The position numbers and the translations under genes were made by a program. 50,752 bases of DNA, from positions 1 through 50,752 of the forward strand of contig RBNJ01000026.1 in the NCBI GenBank assembly GCA_003990765.1, in the 5' to 3' direction. The stretch comes from Jimgerdemannia flammicorona (lineage: Eukaryota). This document shows positions 40,511 to 50,752 of this stretch, piece by piece. The stretch's first letter is position 1. The number at the start of each line of letters is the position of its first letter. The notes under the pieces were generated by a model. That model did not search any database. It worked only from the letters and a program-made list of their open reading frames with translations, and was not told the origin of the DNA.

Positions 40511-41290
40511 TCGAAGTACTGCAAGATCGCGGACTACTTCGACTTTCTGTATACGGCGGTGCCCCACAAGCTTCGTTATATTCACGAGGTGGGGAATTCC
40601 TTTCAGTCATGGCGTTCGAGTTCGAATGGCGATGCAATATTCAGAAAAATAAATATCTGAGAAAGTTAGGACACACGGACAAACCGATACTTGAACCGGT
40701 GCACGCGCTACCCGAAAATAATGGCGATGCATCGTTCAAATAAAACAAAGATCAGAAGAATGTGGGGCCATACGCTCATACAAGCGACAACTATTTCTAA
40801 CGGGAAATAAGTCTAAACAGGGCACTATAAGTAGCGTTCCCTGTGGTGAATAATGGTCATTCGATGTGGTGCTCCGAACAGGACGAAGTTTTGCGCATAT
40901 CATTCGACGCGCTCTTTTTTGACATTGGTCACCATTCAACCTTTCCGTGATTGTCCGTAAGCAGGAATTTGTGGACGTTACACTTTCACCTCAACTCACG
41001 TGTGAGCATCAACCTTCCCATATACAAACTGTTTATACTCCTTCCATTCAGAGGTACAATTCCAACAAAACCGAAAACATACCGGCCCATTCTATATCTG
41101 CATCCAGTCAATGTGAGTGTAGCATCAAAATTCGTACTTTTACTTGCAATTTTCACCACGTTGATGCCTTGTTAATACCAACAATCAGTACATACTTTTA
41201 AGATGGCTCTCATTGCCCATACTATTATATACAAGATATAAATTTATATAATTTTTATTTAACTCTGACAATAATGTGACCTGGGTAGCA

Positions 41291-44200
41291 TCATTCTCGA
41301 TGCTTTCCTTTATTCCTAAATTTTCTGAATATCCTCCTAATTGGAATACGGAAAATTTTCAGAAACCTGCGCTTTGATGGGGTTTGAGTAGAGGAGTGGG
41401 CCTGCTCATCTGAAGGGGTTATAGAATGATAGTTGAATTCGGAATGGGATGGTAGATTGGACGTGGTAAGATCTTGTTCCACACCAACGACGTTGATAGG
41501 CTCCGCCATGATTTCACCAACCATAGCAGGGTTTATAGGGAGGTTGGCGGGTTCAGAATGGAACGGCGGATTGGATGTGGTGAGATCTGGATCTAAATCG
41601 ACGACTGCGTTAGACTCAGTTTTGATTTCATCAACCATAGCAGGAGTTTTCTCAGGATATTCCGCAATATTCTTGCCATTTTCGTCTTTGGAGATTCTTT
41701 TAATCAACTCATCCTCTGTGTGATACTTGCTGATGGAGCCAGCAACGAACGTAAACCTAGAAATGCCGGAGGGAATCTCCTTTTGTATTTTCTCTAGATA
41801 TGCCACGGCTTCAGGGACGTCGTCTAGCCATTTTTCGCCAGCGATTTCTGTCTCCATAGCTTCAAGATCTTCCAACACCTCATCGATAGTCGGTCGCATT
41901 TCGGGGTTAAGATTCCAGCACCTCTTGTAGATGTCCGAATATTCGATCGGAGTGCCGGGGATGGGTTCCTCACGTAATCCAGGTGAGATCGCATCGGGCG
42001 GACGCATTGCATTTCCACGAGGGCAGAATCTTGCGGTAAGCTGCCACAAAAGTGTTCCGAGGCAATATATATCGGATTTCTTCGTGCATGGTGAGCGTGT
42101 AAATGCTTCAGGTGGAAGGTATTCAATGCGGCCATAGGATTGGCCGCCGTATTTTCTGAAGTGTTGTACCGTGTTGCTAATGCCGACGTCAATAATCATG
42201 GGGTTGTCGTTCGCTGTACCGAATAATACAATGTTTCCTGGGTGCAAGTCATTATGGATCAAATCAGCTGTATGAACCACTTGCAGCCTGCAGGTGATTT
42301 CTAGCGCAAGCCGCCATACGTTTGACCATGATTTTGGCGGAGACTTAGTGAGTAGATTTGCAAGGTCACCACCGGCAGCATATTCCATCACCAAAATATA
42401 ACCGCCATTATCATTCTTTGATAATCCAATAACTGTTGGTGTTGCTACTCTACGAGAATTGCTGCAGAGTTGAAGATAGACATTGAGTAATATCTGTATA
42501 AGAATTAGAAAAATGGAATCCAACCCAAGTTAGTAATGGAAAACAATATATCCTTAATTTCCACAGATACAAAAGAGTATATTGTAAACTGGAATCACCT
42601 CATTCCGGAGTTTATCTATTACATGATCATTTCCTTTCAGCTCCTTCAACGCAACAAATTTTTCTCCTTTCCGATTATCATTCACTTGAGCTTTGTATAC
42701 GATGCCAAATCCACCTTCGCCTAACTTTTCAATCTGTGTAAACTCACAATAAGGAATCCAAGTCATGCAAGGTGCGAGTTCGGCGATTTGAAGCATTGTT
42801 AGGTACTCCAGGAGTTTCTCATCATCACTGGAGAAGCCAGTCTTGAATTTTGACATAACTTTGATGTCAGAATTTTTGATTACTTCAATAATTTGAACAA
42901 GATGCAATTTGCTTGAGGCTGTTTCATGAAATCCAGCCAGCATTCGAAGGTCATGAGTCGAGTATTTTGTCCAAGTGGTAAACGACAGTTCGTACAGTTT
43001 TTACATACCATTGAGATTGTATTTCGACTTTGCCAAATACGCGTTCCGTTCCTGAAACGTATTAATAACACGCAATGTTTCGTCCCCAATGCGATTGTCT
43101 GATGAACAGTGGAAACACGCATGGGGTGAGCTGATATCCATTATGTAGCTGCAAACAGCAGTTCATACATACCTTGTAGATTCAGCGTGGTCACGGTCAT
43201 GTTCTGCTTCAGCGACTCGGCCAGTGCGCGTGCTCCCTCGTCGCCGATTCCGTTGTCTGAATATGAACAAAGGATGAATAAGCACACAACACACAGATGG
43301 TGAGCTGGTACCCATCACGCAGCTCAAAATACCTCGGAGATTCAGCGTAGTCACGGTGGTGTTCTGCTTCAGAGACTCGGCCAGTGAACGTGCTCCCTCG
43401 TCACCGATTCCGTTGTCTGAAGGTGAAGAGAGCAAGTACGCATGATTGGTGAGCTGGTATCCAACATGCAGTTGCAAACAGCAGTTCACAAAGTTCAAAC
43501 ATACAATCGAGATTCAGCGTGGTCACGGTCGTGTTCTGCTTCAGAGACGCGGCCAGTGCGCGTGATCCCTCCTTGCCGATTCCGTTGCCTGAAGATGAGC
43601 AGATGATAGATTACCAAACAATCTCCAGTGGTGAGCTAGTACACATCATATAGCTGCAAAAAAAAGTTCAGAGTTCAAACATACGTTGGAGATTCAGCGT
43701 GGTCATGGTCATGTTCTGCTTTAGAGACTCGGCCAGTGCGCGTGATCCCTCCTTACCGATTTCGTTCTCTGAAGATGGACAGAGGATGAATCAGCCAACA
43801 CGTATGGGTGGTGAGCTACCCATCACGTAGCTGCAAACAGCAGTTCACACGATCCAAACATACTTTCAAGATTCAACGTGGTCACAGACGTATTCTGCTT
43901 CAGAGACGCAGCCAGTGCGCGTGCTCCCTCGAGGCCGATTCTGTTGTCTGACGATGAACAGAGAATGCATGAGCAAATGGAGTAAGTATATACCCATCAC
44001 GCAGCTCGAAGTCTTGTTCCGCTTGAAAGCCTTGTCTATGTCAATTATCATCTCGACGCCTTTAAACTCATTCCTTGAAAAATGCATAAATACGCACATC
44101 GGATCACCTACATTCAAAAAGTCACCGACATACCTTCGACGTTCAGCTGCGTAAGTGCCGTGTTTTGTTTCAGAGACTCAGCCAGAACACGGGCACCCTC

Positions 44201-47200
44201 ATCGCCGATGCTATTCACTAAAAAATGCACAAATACACATAGGTCAGCTAGATCGAATCACCCGCATTTAAATAGTCACACACTGATTTCCGACATACTT
44301 TCGAGATTCAGCTGGGTAAGCGTCATGTTCTGCTTCAGAGACTCGGCCAGAGCATGAGCACCCTCAGCGCCGACTTTATTATCTAAATGAACATACACGG
44401 GTTAGCTGGATCAAATCACCCACATTCAAACAGCCACACACTGACTTCCGGCATACCTCCGAGATTCAGCTGGGTAAGGGTCGTGTTCTGCTTCAGAAAC
44501 TCCGCCAGAGCACGAGCACCATCAGCGCCGATAGAGTTCCCTGAAAAATACACAAATACGCACAAGTCAGCTGGATTGAATCACTCATATTCAAACATTG
44601 ATTTCTGACTGACTGTAGAGATCCAGCTGAGTAAGGGTCGTGTTCTGCTTCAGTGAAGCGGCCAGTGCGCGTGCTCCCTCGAGGCCGATTCTGTTGTCTG
44701 ACGGCGAACAGAGGATGGGTGAGCAAACACACACAGGTGGTGAGCAGGTCCATCACGCAGCTTAAACATACCATAGAGATTCAGCGTGGTCACGGTCGTG
44801 TTTTTCTCCAGAGACTCGGCCAATGCTTGTGCTCCCTCGTGGCCGATTCGGTTGTCTGAAGGTAAGCAGAACATGGATAAGCAAACACGCATGGCCGATG
44901 AGCTGGTACCCATCACGTAGCTGCAAACAGCAGTTCACACAGTTCAAACATACGTTGGAGATACAGCGTGGTGTCGGTCGTGTTCTGCTTCAGAGACTCG
45001 GCCAGTACGCGTGCTCCCTCGTCGCCTATTTCGTTATCTGAAAATGAAGAGAGAATGGATGAGCAAACACGCGCGACCCATCCCATAACTGCAGACAACG
45101 GTTTTCGTAATTTCGACATACCCCTGATATTTGGTTTAGTCAAAGTCTTGTTCCTCTTCAAAGCTTTATCTACTATCTCGCCGCCTTTAAACACATCCCC
45201 TGAAAAATGCACAAATACGCATAAGTCAGCTGAATCGAATCACCCACATTCAAACAGTCACCAGACATACTTTTGAAATTCAGCTGGGTAAGGGTCATGT
45301 TCTGCTTCAGAGACTCGGCTAGAACACGGGCACCCTCATCGCCGATTTGGTTTTCTAAATGAGTACGCACAGATCAGCTGGATCGAATCACCCACATTCA
45401 AACAGTCACATACTGTTTCCGACATACCTTCGAGATTCAGCTGGCTAAGGGTCGTGTTCTGCTTCAGAGACTCGGCCAGAACACGGGCACCCTCAGTGCC
45501 GATTTTGTTACCTAAACGAATACGCGCAGGTCAATTGGATTGAATCACCCTAAACAGCGCACACTGATTTCCGACATACCGTAGAGATTCAGCTGGGTAA
45601 GGGTCGTGTTCTGCTTCAGAAACTCCGCCAGAGCACGAGCACCCTTAGCGCCGATTTTGTTCCCTGAAATTCACAAATACGCACAGATCAGATCAACCAA
45701 ATCACCCACATTCAAACAGCCTAACACTAATTTCCGACATACTTTTGAGATTTAGCTGGGTAAGCGTCGTGTTCTGCTTCAGAGACTCGGCCAGGGCACG
45801 GACACCCTCATCACCGATGATATTCCCTGAAAAATATACAAATAGCACAGATCAGCTGTATCGAATCACCCACATTCAAAGTCACACATTGATTTTCGAC
45901 ATACCGTAGAGATCCAGCTGGATAAGGGTTGTGTTCTGCTTCAGAGACTCGGCCAGAGCACAGGCACCCTCAGCGCTGATTTCGTTATCTAAATTAATAC
46001 GTACAGGTTAACTGGATCGAATCACCCACATTGATACAGTTGCACACAAATTTCCGACATACCTCCGAGATTCAGCCGGGCAAGAGTCGTGTTCTGCTTC
46101 AGAGACTCGGCCAGAGCACGAGCACCCTCAGCGCCGATGCTATTCACTGAAAAATGCACAAATATGCACTAGTCAGCTGGATGGAATCACCCACATTCAA
46201 ACAGTTACACACTGATTTCCGACATACCGTAGAGATCCAACTGGGTAAGGGTTGTGTTCTGCTTCAGAGACTCAGCCAGAGCACGGGCACCCTCAGCACC
46301 GATACTATTCACTGAAAATGCACAAATATGCACTAGTCAGCTGGATCGAATCACACACATTCAAACAGTTAAACACTGATTTCCGATATACTGTAGAGAT
46401 CCAGCTGGATAAGGGTTGTGTTCTGCTTCAGAGACTCGGCCAGAGCACGGGCACCCTCAGCGCCGAATTCGTTTTCTAAATAAATACGCACAGGTTAGCT
46501 GGATCGGGTCACACATATTCAAACAGTTGCACACTAATTTCCGACATACTTCCGAGATTCAGCTGATTAAGGGTCGTGTTCTGCTTCAGAGACTCGGCCA
46601 GAGCACGGGCATCCTTAGCGCGGATGCCATTTCCTGAAAAATGCACAAATACGTATAGGTCAGCTGGATCGAGTCACCCACATTCAAATAGTCACACATT
46701 GAATTCCGACATACTGGAGAGATTCAGCTGGGTAAGGGTCGTATTCTGCTTTAGAGACTCGGCCAGAGCACAGGCACCCTCAGCGTCGATTTTATTATCT
46801 AAATGAATACACACGGGTCAGCTGGATCGAATCACCCTCATGAAAACAGAACAAACCGATTTCGGACATAATTACATTCGAGATTCAGCTGGGTAACGGT
46901 CGCGTTCAGCTCCAGAGCCTCGGCCAGAGCACGGGTACCCTCATTGCCAATTATGTTACCTATAATGAATATGCACACTTCAGCTGGATATATTCAAATA
47001 GTCCCACACTGATTTACGACATACATACCTCCGAGATTCAGCTGGGTAAGTGTCGTGTTCTGTTTCAGAGATTCGGCTAGAGCACGACCACCCTCAGAGC
47101 CAATGCTATTTCCTGAAAATTCACAAATACGCACAGATCAGTTGGATCAAAGCACCAACAACCAAATAGTCACACACTGATTTCCGACATACTGGAGAGA

Positions 47201-48206
47201 TTCAGCTGAGTAAGGGTTGCGTTCTGCTTCAGAGACTCGGCCAGAGCACGGGCACCCTCAGCGCGAATGTTATTCTCTAAAAAATGCACAAATACGCATA
47301 GGTCAGCTGGATCGAATTTACCCACATTCAAACAGCACACATCAATTTCCGACATACTTTCGAGGTTCAGCTGGGTAAGCGTCGTGTTCTGCTTCAGAGA
47401 CTCGGCCAGAGCACGAGTACCCTCGTCGCTGATGTCATTCCCTGAAAAATTCACAATACCCAAAGGTCAGCTGAATCAAATCATTGACATTCAAACAGCA
47501 CACATTGATTTACGACATACATTCGAGATTCAGCTGGGTAAGCGTCGTGTTCTGCTTCAGAGACTCTGCCAGAGCACGGGCACCCTCATTGCCAATTCCG
47601 TTATCTATAATGAATATGCACATGTCAGCTGGATGGAATCACCCACATTCAAACACTAATTTCAGACATACGGTAGAGATTCAACTGGGTAAGGGTCGTG
47701 TTCTGCTCCAGAGACTCGGCCAGAGCACCAGCACCGTCATCGCCAATGAAATTCCCTAAAAAAATTATAAATACGCACAAGTCAGCTGGACGGAATCACC
47801 CAAATAGTTATACACTGATCCCGATATACATATGAGATTCAGCTGGGTAAGGGTCGTGTTCTGCTTCAGAGACTCGGCCAGAGCACGGGCACACCTATCG
47901 CCGTAAAAATTTCCTGATAAAATGAACAAATACGCACAGATCAGCCAGATTGAATCATTCACATTCAAACAGTCACACACATACTTTTGAGATTCAGGTG
48001 TAAAAGGGTCGTGTTCTGCTTCAGAGACTCGGTCAACGCGAGTACACCGTTATTGTCAATACCCTCTCCTTAAGATAAACGGATGGATAAGTAAATAGGC
48101 ATAGATCGCCAGTTGAAACTCGTCAGACAGCTGCAATCAACAGTTCACTCAGTTCAAACATACCGGAGAGATCCAGCGTAGTCTGGGTCGTGAGAAGTGT
48201 TCGCAT
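41291..48206 (-). CDS. Cytosolic LRR (RNI/NLRC3-like) - tyrosine-kinase-like protein kinase, ~1389 aa, 34 coding exons
   Basis: Exon 1 is 48206-48164 (MRTLLTTQTTLDLS). Then 29 exons of exactly 84 nt, with upper bounds 48068, 47913, 47755, 47604, 47441, 47276, 47112, 46959, 46798, 46633, 46475, 46311, 46146, 45988, 45826, 45663, 45511, 45354, 45037, 44855, 44697, 44540, 44382, 44217, 43947, 43768, 43588, 43416, 43256. Cap-like exons at 45199-45122 and 43098-43009; kinase exons at 42918-42599 and 42493-41291. All introns are GT-AG and the spliced frame is open. Kinase motifs: GEGGFG, VALK, HNDLHPGN, DVG, YLPPE, SDIY.LG, RP. Confidence 0.88.
43173..48068 (-). repeat. Tandem exon-intron array (~155-180-bp units), one 28-aa LRR per unit
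   Basis: Consensus xNxIGxEGARALAESLKQNTTLTQLNLx. Introns are mutually homologous and fall into two families. Confidence 0.95.
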
Positions 48207-48701
48207 GTTTATGTCAGTGTCAAGTGCAAAGTGTCAATAAAGGTGTTTATTCCTAACCCTAATCACAATAAAGGTGGCTTGTCGTCGTCTGATAATCTTT
48301 GCCAAAAGCTTCCTCCTCTGCGCCAACCTACCTTTTGGCTCAAAATGCCCAGAAACATCAGCTTTTTTCTGTATGCTCGTCCGTAAGCGACCGGCATCCA
48401 CGGAGTCCTTACGACAATAAATATTGTGGGGTAGAACTGGTTTCCGAAATCACAGGTGATCGGTGAAGCTCAAGCATAGAACTGACAAATATGTTTCGCA
48501 ACGAAATTAACTGCGGCGGCAGAGTGGCGAATATGAAAATTAACTGCGCCCACAGAGTGACCCAATCTCTCCACTACACCCGAATAAGTGCATGCTTTCT
48601 ATACAAACGAATAATTTCGGTAAGTATGACACGTATCATGTTGTTTATAAAACCAGCACTTTATTTTGAATTATTTAAAAGAGATGCCATTTAATTGTTG
48701 T

Positions 48702-48721
48702 TATATATATATATATATATA
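48702..48721. repeat. (TA)n microsatellite
   Basis: Directly visible. Confidence 0.9.
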
Positions 48722-48985
48722 ATTTATTTTGAGTAGTCGTTTACAAGAATATATATTATGGGCGATGGATGATGAATTGAACTAATGACGGCTGAAGGCG
48801 GACTACATGAAGGCAGGTTCATGAGATTGTTTTGTAGGACATATATACAATAGCGATTTTTGACAAAATGGGTCTATTTTCTATTATACAGTTCGCCACC
48901 TTGATGACTTCTGATAACGTCACGCGACAATAGCTAAGCCCTCTCACCCATTCAAGACTTTGCGTTACATGCACCTGCGGAACAT

Positions 48986-49800
48986 GCGAAACTCTCCTAC
49001 CTCCTGAGTAAAGGCCACAGCAACGAGCAAATTCGTGCCTTCATAACCAAGAGCCTTCATGGTGAGCTCACTGTCCTTCCCCGCAACGGTTCACCTTCTA
49101 CAACCATGATCCAGAGCAATCATCGCCGCAGCCTTCTTCAACCTAAGACGACTCCGGCATGTCGGAGATCGTGGACATGACCACGTCGCTCCAGGAGCGC
49201 GAAGGCGCTATACCTGCTCTGCTCTACAGCGGGCACAAACGACTCTCCTTCTGTACGAAAATTTAGGCGACGCTCTGAACCTCAACTGTATCGACTACAA
49301 TGGCGCACTCCGCCCCACCTTGTCTCTTCGGAGAGCCACACGGCGGTGATGGAGTTCGACGCCATACGCGAGGGTCACGGCGAGGTCAAGCTGCTGAGAG
49401 AAGCCGGCGCACATTTTGCCAAGGGGGAGACCGAGGACACTGGGTGGAGCTGGTTACGCGCTGTTAACAATGGGGATATGCGCAGTTGATGATTGAGGCC
49501 GGTTGGGGTGTGAATTGGAAAGGCGGGCGACGAGCGGAGGGCTGCGCATGTGGCCGTGGCGGAGGAGGGTCGGTGTGCTGGAGGTGTTGCTGCGGCCCGA
49601 TGGGATAGATTTGGATGTGAGGAATAGGAGGGGAAGGAGGGCGCAGAATGAGTTGGAAGGGATGTTGGTGGCATTGGAGAGAGGCAGGAAGAAGGCGGAA
49701 GAGAGGGCCAAGGTGGGTGGTGGTGAGGGAGTGAAGGTGCCACCTAAGGAGATGGTAGAGATGTGTAGGAGCGATGGAGGTATTCGGCGTAATTTATTTT
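48986..49800 (+). pseudogene. Fragment of an L-asparaginase/ankyrin-repeat (ASPG-type) gene, frameshifted
   Basis: AKLSYLLSKGHSNEQIRAFITKSLHGELTV (asparaginase C-terminus), then ankyrin remnants LNCIDYNG..P.HL..SE.H, DAIREGHGEVKLLREAGAHF and AAHVAVAEERVGVLEVLL. N-terminal catalytic part is absent; multiple frameshifts. Confidence 0.75.
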
Positions 49801-50752
49801 GTGATAATGCGCTCATAAATCTTGTAAGCTATATCTTCCAACCTCACGGGAAAGAAGGGGGGGTGGTGGTATCTCATTCGAGCCTTCCTCTCACACTGTG
49901 GCAAATTTTTCTTTGTTACACCTCTGCCTCCGTCACCATGTCCGAACCCAAACTTCCAACCCGGAGCATGCCGAAATCAAAACCTGGGATGAACACAACC
50001 TTTAAACACTTTCGACACCCTGCTCTCGGATTGAAACCCAACCATATGTAGCCATCTTGCGTGATCAGGAGCCACTCGCATTATACTCGCCGACAATGTC
50101 CTCAGACCATCCGCTAGCTCCGCCTTAACACATGCGTGGTAACAGATACAGCCAGTGGGTTTAGTCAGACCACGTGGTGCGCTTAGCGGTGCGTATATAC
50201 CTGTCTAGTGATGCTTGAGGGGCCCATATCATATTGGTACGCTATTCGGGTTCTATTTGGCATTTTCTTGCACACCAGTTGAGATCGTGTACGTTGCTGG
50301 ACATTTTTATTTTATATAACAATCGTGAGAATGTAGTACCAGGGACATCTACGTCGTCACGGGGGGGAAACCTTCTCGGAGGTCAAGGGTTTCGTAGTTT
50401 CACTGTTTGGTGATTTACCAAAATACACCTGCAGCCTGCAGTGTCACCGGCTGTAATTACAATATTCACGTCCTCATATAATATAAATTGTTGGGGTATC
50501 TCGAGTGTAAATAGTTCAGCCAATAAAAACATACATAATAATATGCTTAACATTCGACCTCCTCTATTTTCGAAATAGAACAAAATATTCTGATTACACA
50601 TTTGTCGTCAGATAATCGTCGTTCTGCCAATTAGCAAACGAGCCAAAATCAGACTCACGACCCTAACGAACTCTACTCAATAAATCTATAATACATATAA
50701 CAAATAAATAAAAATGTTCATTCACCTCCCCCTCCTTCCTATTCCATCCAAA

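Noticed and set aside
40407-40743. Small ORFs 40411-40743 (+) and 40407-40637 (-)
   Set aside because: No recognisable domain or splice support. They overlap the structured, hammerhead-like block and cannot be supported as genes.
43915-47759. Plus-strand ORFs with repeated FCFRDSARAR
   Set aside because: Antisense translations of the LRR exons.
43173-48068. CRISPR-like array (conserved repeats with spacers)
   Set aside because: The repeats are 84-nt coding exons with GT-AG boundaries, the spacers are homologous introns, the context is eukaryotic and there are no cas genes.
48252-48262. Telomerase RNA template (CTAACCCTAA)
   Set aside because: Only a short match in a promoter position, with no supporting pseudoknot or other TR structure seen.
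49503-50051. 182-aa ORF as an intact gene
   Set aside because: Its middle is the tail of the frameshifted asparaginase-ankyrin pseudogene and the rest is read-through with no recognisable features.

Overview
Eukaryotic genomic DNA, most likely from an early-diverging fungus (Mucoromycota-like; inferred from the HxDLHxGN tyrosine-kinase-like kinase, BTB genes, short GT-AG introns and retroelement types). It falls into two sharply separated domains. Bases 1 to ~37200 are a nested, heavily C->T/G->A mutated, CpG-depleted transposon graveyard. It holds two full-length Gypsy/Ty3 elements (A 4273-14090, B 18546-33224) that both carry a dUTPase and accessory ORFs, two solo LTRs, a Copia relic hosting element A, and a full-length L1/Tx1-type LINE inserted in the 5' LTR of B with a 21-bp TSD. 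Bases ~37200-50752 have normal CpG content. They hold two decayed BTB/POZ genes, a structured region with a hammerhead-like core, an asparaginase-ankyrin pseudogene fragment and the main find: an apparently intact minus-strand gene (48206->41291, ~1389 aa). This gene encodes a cytosolic LRR-kinase whose 29 RNI-like LRRs each sit on their own 84-nt phase-1 exon, separated by homologous introns of two families. It has chimeric and dead exons and its variation is concentrated at exon junctions, making it a candidate exon-shuffling immune-type receptor. All coordinates were read by hand; no searches were run.
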